Positions 39,943 to 49,330 of a DNA stretch of 64,000 bases are shown piece by piece; positions within the stretch are counted from its first letter, which is position 1; each line of letters starts with the position of its first letter. This DNA comes from Actinomycetota bacterium (GTDB lineage Bacteria > Actinomycetota > Acidimicrobiia > Acidimicrobiales > Ilumatobacteraceae). The stretch lies in NCBI GenBank assembly GCA_039796935.1, contig JBDKIV010000240.1:14376-78375 (forward strand). Direction: 5' to 3'. The notes beneath the pieces were generated by a model. It worked only from the letters and a program-made list of their open reading frames with translations, did not search any database and was not told the origin of the DNA. The position numbers and the translations under genes are program-made.

Positions 39943-40555
39943 ACCGCGGCTTGAGGAAGCGCTTCCAGACGAACAGGGCGACGAGCGCGACGATCACGAT
40001 GATGACGACCGCCTGGAGCAGCCCGACCACGTTGCCCACCTGATCCCATCGGTCGCCCAGCACGGCGCCGGCGGCGATGAGCGCGATGTTCCAGATGGCG
40101 CTGCCGATCGCCGTGAGCACGGTGAACCGCACGAACGGCATCCGCCGGAACCCGGCCGGCACCGACACGATCGAGCGGATCAGCGGCACGCACCGGCCGA
40201 TCAACACCGCCGCATCGGAGCGGCGGTCGAACCACTCCTCGGCCCGGACCAGATCGGGCTCTTTGATGCCGAACCACCGACCCGAGCGGACCACGAAGCC
40301 GTGCAGCCGCTCGGGGCCGATCGCCGCCGAGATGCCGTACAGGATCCAGGCACCGACGACCGAGCCGATCGTCGCGGCGACGATCATGCCGATCAGCGAT
40401 GCATCGCCCCGTCCCGCCACGAAACCGGCGAGGGGAAGGATCACCTCGGACGGGATCGGGGGGAACAGATTCTCGACGGCGACGAGGAGCGCGACGCCGA
40501 CATAGCCGACGGTCTCGACGACATCGGTGACGAAGGTGGTGAGGTCGCCGAACAT
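39932..40555 (-). CDS. DedA family membrane protein
   Basis: VENLFPPIPSEVILPLAGF and RCVPLIRSIVSVPAG are canonical DedA/SNARE-associated motifs. Confidence 0.85.
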   Translation of the reverse strand: MFGDLTTFVTDVVETVGYVGVALLVAVENLFPPIPSEVILPLAGFVAGRGDASLIGMIVAATIGSVVGAWILYGISAAIGPERLHGFVVRSGRWFGIKEPDLVRAEEWFDRRSDAAVLIGRCVPLIRSIVSVPAGFRRMPFVRFTVLTAIGSAIWNIALIAAGAVLGDRWDQVGNVVGLLQAVVIIVIVALVALFVWKRFLKPRFTR

Positions 40556-40578
40556 GCGACCTGCATCGTAACGAGCGG

Positions 40579-42819
40579 CTACTGCTTGCCCATCTCGGAC
40601 CGCTGCTCGGTGGATGCGTCGGGGCCGACGGCGCGACCGAGCAACTCGATGTCGACGTGGTGCAGGACCCCTGCGAAGGAGAACGGCGACTCGTAACTCG
40701 TGCCGACGGGAGCACCGGCGTCACACCCGACGCTCAGGCCGTTGAACGGCATGAACCCGCGGATGACACGAGGGATCTCGACCGAACCCACGGGTCGACC
40801 GTCGACACCGAGCTCGCCGCGCGCCGACACCCGATCGAGCATCGTCAGGGTGAAGGTGACGTCGTGGTCACCCGGGTCGAGCGGCGTCTCGGCGCGGACC
40901 TCGTGACGCTCCATCGGGAAGTGGTAGTGGAAACATGCCCGACCGTCCTGGACGAACATCGCGTACCCGCCCCACCGGTCGCCCTCGGCGACCAGCACGC
41001 CATCGGTGGCACCCTCGCCGACGGTGATGCGGGCGTCGATCCGGAAGCCGGTGTTGACCAGCCGTGGACCGGCGTCGGACGGCAGCCGGACCAGACCGGG
41101 CCACAGCCGCCACGTGCGGCGGACCGGCCGGCGACGGCGACTCCCGGCGCCACCCCGATCGTCGATCGGCAGCACCTGGTAGCGCTCGGCCTCGTCCCAC
41201 CAGCGCTCGACCAACGCCTCGAGCACCTCGGGGTGCTGGCCGGCGAGATCGTGGCTCTCCGAGAAGTCCTCGTCGAGGTGGTACAGCTCCCACACGTCCT
41301 CGTCGAGCGGGCGTCGGGCGTCGTGCATGGTGACGGCCTTCCATCCGCCGGCGACGATGCCGCGGTGGCCGAGCATCTCGAAGTGCTGCACCGACTTGCG
41401 GGTCGGTGCGTCGGGCTCGGCGAAGGTGTAGGCCATCGAGGTGCCGTGCATCGGCATCTGGGCCACGCCGTTCACCGCCGGGGGCAGCGACGCTGCTGCG
41501 ACGTCGAGCACGGTCGGGGCGAGATCGCTCACGTGGTGGAACTGCCGCCGCAGCCCACCCGCAGAGCCCTCGGGCAACCCGGCCGGCCAATGGACCACGA
41601 GCGGGTCGCGCACGCCTCCGCCATGAGTGTTCTGCTTGTAGAACTTGCACGGCGTGTTGCCCGCCATGGCCCACCCGAGCGGGTAGTTGTTGAACCACTG
41701 CGTCTCGCCGATCTGGTCGAGCAGACCGAGCGACTGCTCGAGCGTCATCGGGGCGCGTTCGAAGTACCGGCCCTGGTGGAGCGTGCCGAACGGGCTGCCT
41801 TCCTGCGACGCCCCGTTGTCGCTCATCACCACGAACACGGTGTTGTCGAGCCGACCGACTCGCTCGAGCGTGGCGACCAGCCGACCGATCTGGGTGTCGG
41901 TGTGGCTGAGCATCGCCGCGTACGCCGCCTGGAACCGCACGTACAACCGCTGTTCGTCGGCCGACAGCGACTCCCACTCGGGCACACCGGGGTTGCGCGG
42001 CGGCAACTCGGTCGACCCGGGGATGATCCCCATCGCCTTCTGGCGGGCGATGCGGTCGAGGCGGGTGGCGTCCCAACCCTTCCGGAAGCGCTCTTCGTAC
42101 GCGTCGATCATGTCCTTCGGCACGTGATGGGGCGAGTGTCCGGCACCGAAGGCGAGGTACAGGAAGAACGGCTTCTCGGGGGCGACCGAGGTCTGGTCCG
42201 AGACGAGACCGATCGCCCGGTCGACGAGATCGGTGGTGAGGTGATAGCCGGGTGTGTCGGGGGTGGGGATGTGGTGGTTGTCCTCGGTGAGGAACGGCTC
42301 CCAGTGGTTCATGGCCCCGTCCATGAACCCGTAGAACCGGTCGAAACCACGCTGTGTCGGCCACTGGTGGAACGGCCCCGACGGGCCCGTGTGATGCATC
42401 GGCGTGAGATGCCACTTGCCGACCGCCCAGCTGTTCCAGCCGCGTTCGCGAAGGATCTCGGGCAGCAACGCCGCCTCGCGCGAGATGGCCCCCCGGTAGC
42501 CGGGGTGGCCCATGTCCCAGTTGGCGAGCGTGCCCATGCCGACGGCGTGGTGGTTGCGGCCGGTGAGCAACGAGGCGCGCGTCGGCGAACAGAGCGAGGT
42601 CGTGTGGAAGTTGGTGTACCGCAGCCCGCCCGCAGCCAGCCGGTCGATGTTCGGCGTGTCGATCTCGGACCCGTAACACCCGAAGTCGGAGTAGCCGACG
42701 TCGTCGAAGACGCAGAACACCACGCTCGGTGTACCGGGAGGTGCCTCGAACTCGGCCGGCCACATCGGCTCGGCGCTCGACATGGTGACGCCGGGGCGGA
42801 CTCGCGCTGTATCGCTCAT
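40579..42819 (-). CDS. Arylsulfatase (type I, formylglycine-dependent) with C-terminal extension
   Basis: DDVGYSDFGCYG and SLCSPTRASLLTGRNHH (C-x-P-x-R formylglycine motif). Start at ATG 42819, or at 42783. Confidence 0.85.
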   Translation of the reverse strand: MSDTARVRPGVTMSSAEPMWPAEFEAPPGTPSVVFCVFDDVGYSDFGCYGSEIDTPNIDRLAAGGLRYTNFHTTSLCSPTRASLLTGRNHHAVGMGTLANWDMGHPGYRGAISREAALLPEILRERGWNSWAVGKWHLTPMHHTGPSGPFHQWPTQRGFDRFYGFMDGAMNHWEPFLTEDNHHIPTPDTPGYHLTTDLVDRAIGLVSDQTSVAPEKPFFLYLAFGAGHSPHHVPKDMIDAYEERFRKGWDATRLDRIARQKAMGIIPGSTELPPRNPGVPEWESLSADEQRLYVRFQAAYAAMLSHTDTQIGRLVATLERVGRLDNTVFVVMSDNGASQEGSPFGTLHQGRYFERAPMTLEQSLGLLDQIGETQWFNNYPLGWAMAGNTPCKFYKQNTHGGGVRDPLVVHWPAGLPEGSAGGLRRQFHHVSDLAPTVLDVAAASLPPAVNGVAQMPMHGTSMAYTFAEPDAPTRKSVQHFEMLGHRGIVAGGWKAVTMHDARRPLDEDVWELYHLDEDFSESHDLAGQHPEVLEALVERWWDEAERYQVLPIDDRGGAGSRRRRPVRRTWRLWPGLVRLPSDAGPRLVNTGFRIDARITVGEGATDGVLVAEGDRWGGYAMFVQDGRACFHYHFPMERHEVRAETPLDPGDHDVTFTLTMLDRVSARGELGVDGRPVGSVEIPRVIRGFMPFNGLSVGCDAGAPVGTSYESPFSFAGVLHHVDIELLGRAVGPDASTEQRSEMGKQ

Positions 42820-42849
42820 GGCCTGTTTGTAGCCGATGCGCGAACCCTC

Positions 42850-42896
42850 GTCGACCACGGTTCGCCCCGGTCGACGCGGGATCGGTACCGTCGACC
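42850..42896. promoter_or_regulatory. Three GTCGAC palindromes at an exact 20-bp period in the sulfatase/kinase divergent promoter region
   Basis: GTCGAC occurs at 42850, 42870 and 42890. The outer context GGTCGAC (42869-75) and GTCGACC (42890-96) forms a 7-bp inverted repeat. Confidence 0.3.
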
Positions 42897-42924
42897 CGTT
42901 CCGAGACGACAGACGGGGGATGCG

Positions 42925-44010
42925 ATGTCGACAACGCAGGACGTTCGCGGGGAGCCCGCACAGATCGACGGGCCGTGGATGACCGAGGTCCTCGAGGCGG
43001 CAGGCGTCGCCCGAGGTGCGACCGTCACCGCCGTCACGCTCGACGGTTTCATCGGCACGGGCCAGACGGGCCGCAACGCCCGTTTGTCGCTCACGTGGGA
43101 CCGGCCCGACGATCGACCGGGCACCGTGGTCGGCAAGTTCCCGTCGGCCGACCCGACGGCACGATTCGCCGCGTTCGAGAACGGCACGTACCTGACCGAG
43201 TGGTCGTTCTACGACCAACTCGCCGACACCCTCTCGATCAGGACCCCGGCCTGCTACGCAGCACGGTTCGACGCCGACGCCCGCGACTTCGTGTTGATCA
43301 TGGAGGACCTGGCCGGCTCGCGCCAGGGCGACCAGTTCCGCGGGCTCACGGTGGACGAGGCATCGCTGGCCATCGAGCAGGCCGTCGGCCTGCACGCCCC
43401 CCGGTGGGGAGATCCCACGATCGCCTCCTTCGGCAGCCACCGACCGAAGGGTGACGAGGCCGCCGCTGCCCTCGGGATGGTGTACGGCATGATGGTCGAG
43501 CCGTTCCTCGATCGACTCGGGGGCGGGCTCGACGACGACGTCATCGAGTTGACCAGGGCGCTCATCCCGTTCGCCGGGGCGTGGGCCAGTGGGACCGACA
43601 CACCGCGTACCGTGGTGCACCTCGACTACCGACCCGACAACTTCATGTTCGGCGCCACGCCGGATGCGCCGCCGCTCGCCGTCGTCGACTGGCAGACGTG
43701 CACCGACGGCAACGCCATGTGGGATCTCGCCTACATGATCGGTGGCGGCTTCGAGCCGGCGCACCGGGCGCAGGTGGAGCGCTCGCTGCTCGACGACTAC
43801 CGCGCCCGCATGTCGAGCGCCGGTGTCGACTACGACGCCGACACGATGTGGCGCGACTATCGCCACGCGTCGCTGTGGGGCGTGGTGATGACCGTGATCG
43901 CCACGATCCTCGCCGCCGAGACCGAGCGGGGCAACGAGATGCTCACGGTGATGGGCCAACGCCACGGCCGGCATGCACTCGACCTCGAGGCGCTGGAGTT
44001 GCTGGGCTGA
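42925..44010 (+). CDS. Small-molecule phosphotransferase, APH/choline-kinase/EcKL-like fold
   Basis: ATG 42925 preceded by GGGGGA. Catalytic loop HLDYRPDNFMF (HxDxxxxN) and metal-binding VVDWQ. LIMEDL hinge-like segment. Confidence 0.75.
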   Translation: MSTTQDVRGEPAQIDGPWMTEVLEAAGVARGATVTAVTLDGFIGTGQTGRNARLSLTWDRPDDRPGTVVGKFPSADPTARFAAFENGTYLTEWSFYDQLADTLSIRTPACYAARFDADARDFVLIMEDLAGSRQGDQFRGLTVDEASLAIEQAVGLHAPRWGDPTIASFGSHRPKGDEAAAALGMVYGMMVEPFLDRLGGGLDDDVIELTRALIPFAGAWASGTDTPRTVVHLDYRPDNFMFGATPDAPPLAVVDWQTCTDGNAMWDLAYMIGGGFEPAHRAQVERSLLDDYRARMSSAGVDYDADTMWRDYRHASLWGVVMTVIATILAAETERGNEMLTVMGQRHGRHALDLEALELLG

Positions 44011-44012
44011 CG

Positions 44013-45263
44013 ATGATGCACACCGCGACGCTGCGTGTCCGCCGGATGGTGGTGCTCGGCGCATTCGTCGCGGTGATCGCGACCGCCTGGCTCGCCTTCG
44101 GACACCGGGGCCAGCACGTCGCGCGCGGCCTGTTGTTCCCCGGCGCCGGACTGGTCGACGAGCGGCCGTTGCTCGCAGCGCTGTGCCTCGCTGCCACCGT
44201 CGTGGCAACGCTGGCCTGGCTGCGATGGGGCGCGGACTGGCTGGTGGCCACCGCCGCCGGGCTCTCGGTGGTGCTCTCGGCCCTCGCCGTACCGGTGGGC
44301 CAGCACGCGAGCGGACCGGTGCACGATTCGTGGCAGGCATCCGCTGCAGCCCACGAGTTCCCGCTCGTCCTGATCGTCGTCGCGGTCGTCGCCTGGCTCC
44401 GGGCGCTCACCCTCCGGGTCCCGCTGATCGCTGCCTGGGTGAGCGCACGGCACCGACGTCGTGCGGGTCTCGGTGACACCGGCCAGCTCCCTCCGGTCGA
44501 CCGGTCACGGACGGCCGCGGTACTCGCCCTCGTCGGTGGCGAACTGGCCGGTCGCGCTGCGGCAGTGGCGGCCGATCCCGAGGTCGTCGAACGGGCCCGC
44601 CGGGTCGGTCTGGTGGCCCGGTTCCGCACCGGCGGCGACCCGTTGCGACATGACCATGCCCACGCCCGCGCTGCGCTGGCACTGACGGGTCGCGCCGACC
44701 GGGAGACGCTCGATCGACTGATCGCCGACACCGATCGTCACCCGCTCGGCGTGGTGTGCAGCGAGCCGGGGTGGGTCCGCCCCCTCGACGCAACCCTCGT
44801 CGCACTGGCGGTGTCGCGAGCGGGGGTTCGCCCCACCAGGTGGACCAGCGCGCTCGAGCAGCAGTTCGCCCTCGACCGTGGGCACCGGCCGGCCTGGTGG
44901 TGGACACCCCTCGGCATCGGCGCCGGATCGATGCCGGCGTGGGAGCACGCCACCACGGCATGTCTGGCGCGCGCCGCAGGGTGGATCGATCACGATCGCG
45001 ACTGGGAGGCACTCCGCCGCACCGCCCTCGGGGCATCGGCGCGCGGCACCTCGGTGGCCGCCGACGAACGCCTCATCGCCGCAGCCCGGATCCTCGCCTC
45101 GCTCGCCGGTGACACCGAGGCCGGCCGCCTGTTGGCCCGGCCGACGGTGCGCCACGACCCACTGGCCGTGGCCATCGACCTCCTCGCACGACGTCTCGCC
45201 GACGACCCATCAGCGCTCGCTCCCCGTGGGCTCGCACCGACCGAACGGACCTTCACCGCATGA
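44013..45263 (+). CDS. Membrane protein; divergent, shortened paralog of the two downstream Ldi-like genes
   Basis: ATG 44013, 2 nt after the kinase stop. N-terminal TM module with GLLFPGAGL ... LAWLRWG resembles GLSLVFPGGGF ... LVLWWG of the paralogs. VVCSEPGW resembles FFPCEPGW. Confidence 0.6.
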   Translation: MMHTATLRVRRMVVLGAFVAVIATAWLAFGHRGQHVARGLLFPGAGLVDERPLLAALCLAATVVATLAWLRWGADWLVATAAGLSVVLSALAVPVGQHASGPVHDSWQASAAAHEFPLVLIVVAVVAWLRALTLRVPLIAAWVSARHRRRAGLGDTGQLPPVDRSRTAAVLALVGGELAGRAAAVAADPEVVERARRVGLVARFRTGGDPLRHDHAHARAALALTGRADRETLDRLIADTDRHPLGVVCSEPGWVRPLDATLVALAVSRAGVRPTRWTSALEQQFALDRGHRPAWWWTPLGIGAGSMPAWEHATTACLARAAGWIDHDRDWEALRRTALGASARGTSVAADERLIAAARILASLAGDTEAGRLLARPTVRHDPLAVAIDLLARRLADDPSALAPRGLAPTERTFTA

Positions 45264-45277
45264 GCATCACCGTATGA
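45260..45277 (+). other. Five-codon relay mini-ORF (MSITV) created by a 14-bp tandem duplication
   Basis: The ATG at 45260 overlaps the stop of 44013..45263 (ATGA). Its TGA (45275-77) overlaps the ATG (45274-76) of the next gene. Confidence 0.4.
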
Positions 45278-45287
45278 GCATCACCGC
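45260..45287 (+). repeat. 14-bp direct tandem duplication ATGAGCATCACCG(T/C)
   Basis: Units at 45260-45273 and 45274-45287 are 13/14 identical. The duplication copies the start codon and the first four codons of the downstream gene. Confidence 0.9.
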
Positions 45288-47271
45288 ACCTCCCCCGGCC
45301 GGGACCGACACCGTCGAGCCGCAGGCCATCCCGCTGCTGCCCGAGCGACCGAAGCGGATGGGTCCTGTCACCCGATGGCTCGTGCTCCGCAGCGTTGCGG
45401 TCTTCGTCGTCTGGCAGGCGATCGCGGCTTCGCTCGTCGTGTTCGGCGGTGACACCGCCCGCGCCGGCGGCCTGTCCCTCGTCGTACCGGGAGGCGGGTT
45501 CGTGTTCACCGCCAGCCCGGTGCTGTTCGCGCTCACCTGGGTGGCGATGTCGGTCGCCGTGGTCCTCTGGTGGGGCATGAGCCTCCACGTCGGCATTCCG
45601 GTGGTGTGGATGCTGAGCGCCGTGGGCAGCGCGCTGGTGGCGAACGGCCCGCGCCTCTGGGTCGAGCGCGGCACCACGTGGGGATGGGCGATCCCGGCGA
45701 GCTACCTGCTGGCCGTCGTGCTGGTCGGCGCACTCGTGTGGTCGTTCGAGGCCCGCTTCCGTCGCAAGCGAGCCGCGGTCCCCGAGCTCAACGAGTACCT
45801 CGCCTCGGCCCGGCTGCCCGAACCGTCCCGAGCGCTGCGGACCCCCGACGAGATGGATGCCGAACTGCTCCGCTGGAGCTACGAACTCGCCCTGCAGCCC
45901 ATCGACCGCTTCGACGGGTTCGAGTGGGGCGAACAGTTCCACGGCGGGACCGTGGTCCGTTACCAGTTGAACTACCTCGGCTGGGCGCTCGCCCCCTACG
46001 CGGTCAACTACGTGCCCAACGCGCCCGGCCAGATCGAGCTGGCGCTTCGCAACCTGGTCATCAAACAGACCGACCTCCGTGTCTGGCAGTACTGGCAGAC
46101 CCTCAACCGGCTCGGCAACTTCGACGGCAATCCCGATCCGCTGGTGCGCGACAACATCATGTTCTCGGGCTTCACGGGCGACCAGATCAACCTCTACGAG
46201 GCCGCGACCGGCTCGACCTACTTCGACCAACCAGGTTCGCTGACGTTCGTGTGGAAAGACGGCCGCACCTTCGCGTACGACCACCACAGCTGGATGGAGG
46301 CGGTGCGCAAGAACTTCGAGCAGAGCCGGTTGGGGTTCTTCCCGTGCGAGCCGGGGTGGGCCTTCGCGGCGTGCAACACCCTCGGCGCGCAGGCGCTGTA
46401 CGGGCACGACCGCCTGCACGGGACGTCGCTGTGGGCGTCGGTCGAACCCAGATGGCGCGAGACGCTCGAACGCGAGTACCTGATGCCGGACGGCAACTAC
46501 GCCAACATCCGGTCGACCCACACGGGGCTGTCGTGGGACACCGGCGAGACGCCGGGCGGCGAGTACTTCGCCACGGGGACCCACCAGTTCCGCGATGTCG
46601 CACCCGACCTGGCAGCACGCGGTCGAGCACTGAGCTTGCGTCACGCACCGCAGAAGCTGGCCAAGCTCCGGGCCCTCATCGCCGATGGTGTGCTGCAGAT
46701 GCAGCTGCCCGACGAGTGGGAGCGCAACCGCGCCCGGCGCAGCGCGGTGCCCGGCTGGACGAAGCTGATCGGCGGTGCCCGGGCGGTCGGCGACGAAGAA
46801 CTCGCCGTCGCGGCCCAGCGCGCCCACGACCGACAGTGCGCCACGGGTCAGCGGTGGCCCGAGCGGCCGCTGGCCGTCGGGGTCTCCAACCTCGCCCTGC
46901 ACCTGCTGGTTCGCTGGTCGACCCCGATCGACAATGCTGCGTTGAACATCCGCGGCTACGTGCCACCGGTCGGTCCGGTCCTGCACGACGCGCCCTGGCC
47001 GGCAGTGCTGGTGACGCTGGCCCGCTCGAGCGACGGTGTCACACTCGACCTCGTGCTCCGTCCCGGCCCGGAGGCCGATGCGCGACCGGTCGGTCTCGGC
47101 TTCACCGCCCTGCAGCCCGGCACGACGTATCGGCTCGCGGGGGACGGGTTCGACGTCGAGTTCGTCGCCGACGGCGACGGGCACGGGTCGATCGACGTCA
47201 CCGTCGGGGCCACCCTGGCCCTGCGACTCGAGCCGGTCACGGCCGACACGGCGGACCGGGTGCTGTCATGA
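45274..47271 (+). CDS. Membrane-anchored protein with linalool dehydratase/isomerase (Ldi)-like domain, paralog A
   Basis: 665 aa. An N-terminal 4-TM module is followed by a soluble domain with RVWQYW, DNIMFSGF, FFPCEPGWAFAACN (C-x8-C) and GHDRLHGT, which align with my recollection of Ldi. Strong GC3 bias. Confidence 0.7.
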   Translation: MSITAPPPAGTDTVEPQAIPLLPERPKRMGPVTRWLVLRSVAVFVVWQAIAASLVVFGGDTARAGGLSLVVPGGGFVFTASPVLFALTWVAMSVAVVLWWGMSLHVGIPVVWMLSAVGSALVANGPRLWVERGTTWGWAIPASYLLAVVLVGALVWSFEARFRRKRAAVPELNEYLASARLPEPSRALRTPDEMDAELLRWSYELALQPIDRFDGFEWGEQFHGGTVVRYQLNYLGWALAPYAVNYVPNAPGQIELALRNLVIKQTDLRVWQYWQTLNRLGNFDGNPDPLVRDNIMFSGFTGDQINLYEAATGSTYFDQPGSLTFVWKDGRTFAYDHHSWMEAVRKNFEQSRLGFFPCEPGWAFAACNTLGAQALYGHDRLHGTSLWASVEPRWRETLEREYLMPDGNYANIRSTHTGLSWDTGETPGGEYFATGTHQFRDVAPDLAARGRALSLRHAPQKLAKLRALIADGVLQMQLPDEWERNRARRSAVPGWTKLIGGARAVGDEELAVAAQRAHDRQCATGQRWPERPLAVGVSNLALHLLVRWSTPIDNAALNIRGYVPPVGPVLHDAPWPAVLVTLARSSDGVTLDLVLRPGPEADARPVGLGFTALQPGTTYRLAGDGFDVEFVADGDGHGSIDVTVGATLALRLEPVTADTADRVLS

Positions 47272-47408
47272 TCTCGATGTACCTCAACTGCGCACAGGTG
47301 TGGGTCCGTCTCGTACGGCTCTGGTGCCGGCTCACCCGCCGGCCTCAGGTGACCTACGAGGCCCCGCCGCTCGCCCATGCCCGACCATCCGGTGGAGACC
47401 GCTCGTGA
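47268..47408 (+). CDS. Conserved micro-ORF (46 aa) coupled to both flanking genes
   Basis: MISMYLNCAQVWVRLVRLWCRLTRRPQVTYEAPP... Its ATG overlaps the upstream stop (ATGA) and its TGA overlaps the downstream GTG (GTGA). It is homologous to the micro-ORF at 49330..49428. Confidence 0.45.
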   Translation: MISMYLNCAQVWVRLVRLWCRLTRRPQVTYEAPPLAHARPSGGDRS

Positions 47409-49330
47409 CCGATCTGCTCCTGCTCCCTGAACGACCGAAGCGTTTCGGCCCGGTCACGCGCCGGTTGCTCGGCCGCTTCGTCGCCGTGATGCTGATGGTC
47501 GAGATCGTCGGCGCCGCGCTCGTGTTCGTGGCCGACGATCCGGTCGCCCGGGCGGCCGGTCTGTCCCTCGTGTTCCCGGGCGGCGGGTTCCTCTACGCCG
47601 CGTCGCCGGTGCTGTTCGTCGCCACGCAGGTCCTGGTGGTCGTGGCGCTCGTGCTGTGGTGGGGTCTCAGCACCCACTTCTCGATCCCCGCCGTCTGGGC
47701 GCTCGGCGTGATCGGTTCGGTGCTGCTCGCCGACGGGCCCAGGGTCTGGGTCGATCGCGGGACGCACTGGGACTGGGCGGTGCCGGTCGTGTACGCCGCA
47801 GCGCTCGTCACGCTGGGTGTGATGGTCTGGAAGGTCGAGCGGCGCTTCCGCGCCAAACGCGCCCGCGTGCCCGAGATCAACAGCTATCTGCGCGACGCAG
47901 CCGTTCCCGATCGCGTGACCGAACTCCGAGCGCCCGACGCGATGGATGCCGAGTTGCTTCGCTGGTGCTACTCGTTCGCCGACCAACCCGACGACGGCCT
48001 GGCCGGACTCGACTGGGGCGAGCAGTTCCACGGCGGCACGCAGCTCCGCTATCAGCTCAACAGCGTCGCTTGGTCGATGGCGCTGTACGCCGCGAACTAT
48101 CTGCCCAATGCCCCGCGCCGGATCGAACAGGCGCTCGGACGGGTGGTCGCCAAGCACACCGACCCGCGTGTGTGGGGCTACTGGCGCACGCTCAACCTGC
48201 TCGGCAACTTCGACCCGAACCCCGACCCGATCCGCCGCGACAACATCATGTTCTCGGCGTTCCTCGGCGATGTGATCAACAGCTTCGAGGCCGCCACCGG
48301 CTCGAGCCGGTTCGACGAGGCAGGGTCGCTCACGTTCGTGTGGCGCGACGGGCGCACCTTCGCCTACGACCATCACTCGATCGTCGCGGCGGTGCGCGCC
48401 AACTACGACCGCAGCCGGCTCGGGTTCTTCCCGTGCGAGCCCGGTTGGTCGTTCACGGTGTGCAACGTGATGGGCGCCCAGGCGCTCCACGGCCACGACA
48501 CGCTGCACGGCACCGACGAGTGGGACCAGGTGCGTGAGCGCTGGCGGCAGACCCTCGACGAGGAGTACCTCACACCCGACGGCTCGTATGCCCACATCCG
48601 TTCCAACCACGTCGGCCTGTCGTGGGACACGGGCGAGGTGCCGGGCGGTCACTACTTCGCCAACGGCACCCACCGGTTCGTCGACATCCTCCCCGATCAC
48701 GCTCGCCGCGCGAAGGCACTCGACCTTCGCGGGGCCAGCGGCAAGATGGCGGCGCTGTCGTCGATGATCCGCGACGGACGGCTCGAACTCGAACTGCCCG
48801 AAGAGCCCGAACGCCACCGGACCCGCTCGAGCGCACTACTCCCGTGGAACAAGGTGATCGGCGGCGCGCGCATGGTCGGCGACGCAGCCCTCACCCGAGC
48901 GGCGGTCGAAGCGTCGGCCCGGCAGTGCGCCACGGGTGAGCGCTGGCCGGGACGTCCGCTCGCCGTGGGTGGTGCCGGCATCGGCTCGCACATGCTGCTG
49001 CGCTGGTCCGCCCCACTCGACCTGGCCGCGCTCAACATGCGCGGCTACCTGGCCCCGGTGGGTCCGGTCGTCGACGAGGCCGACGACCGGGTGCTCGTCA
49101 CGCTCGCCCGCTGCGATGACGGTGTTCGGCTCGACCTGATGCTCGAGCCGTACGGCGAAGCCGTGCACGACGCCGTGCTGGCCGTCAGCGGGTTGGCCCC
49201 GTCGACCACGGCTCGGATCCACGGCGACGGTATCGACCTGAGCGTCGTTGCAGCGCCCGACGGGTCGGCGCGTGTCGTCGTGCCGCTCGTCGACCGACCG
49301 GTGCGTCTCGTCGTGGAGGCAGCGTCGTGA
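47405..49330 (+). CDS. Membrane-anchored protein with Ldi-like domain, paralog B
   Basis: GTG 47405 (VTDLLLLPERPKRFGPVTR parallels PLLPERPKRMGPVTR of paralog A). Shares long identical blocks with paralog A (WGEQFHGGT, GSLTFVW.DGRTFAYDHHS, RLGFFPCEPGW, GLSWDTGE). Confidence 0.7.
   Translation: MTDLLLLPERPKRFGPVTRRLLGRFVAVMLMVEIVGAALVFVADDPVARAAGLSLVFPGGGFLYAASPVLFVATQVLVVVALVLWWGLSTHFSIPAVWALGVIGSVLLADGPRVWVDRGTHWDWAVPVVYAAALVTLGVMVWKVERRFRAKRARVPEINSYLRDAAVPDRVTELRAPDAMDAELLRWCYSFADQPDDGLAGLDWGEQFHGGTQLRYQLNSVAWSMALYAANYLPNAPRRIEQALGRVVAKHTDPRVWGYWRTLNLLGNFDPNPDPIRRDNIMFSAFLGDVINSFEAATGSSRFDEAGSLTFVWRDGRTFAYDHHSIVAAVRANYDRSRLGFFPCEPGWSFTVCNVMGAQALHGHDTLHGTDEWDQVRERWRQTLDEEYLTPDGSYAHIRSNHVGLSWDTGEVPGGHYFANGTHRFVDILPDHARRAKALDLRGASGKMAALSSMIRDGRLELELPEEPERHRTRSSALLPWNKVIGGARMVGDAALTRAAVEASARQCATGERWPGRPLAVGGAGIGSHMLLRWSAPLDLAALNMRGYLAPVGPVVDEADDRVLVTLARCDDGVRLDLMLEPYGEAVHDAVLAVSGLAPSTTARIHGDGIDLSVVAAPDGSARVVVPLVDRPVRLVVEAAS

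Noticed and set aside
40657-42924. N-terminal 750 aa of the 1117-aa plus-strand ORF 40657..44010
   Set aside because: This part is antisense to the arylsulfatase (CSPTR motif). Only the last 361 aa, from ATG 42925 with an RBS, look like a real kinase-fold protein.
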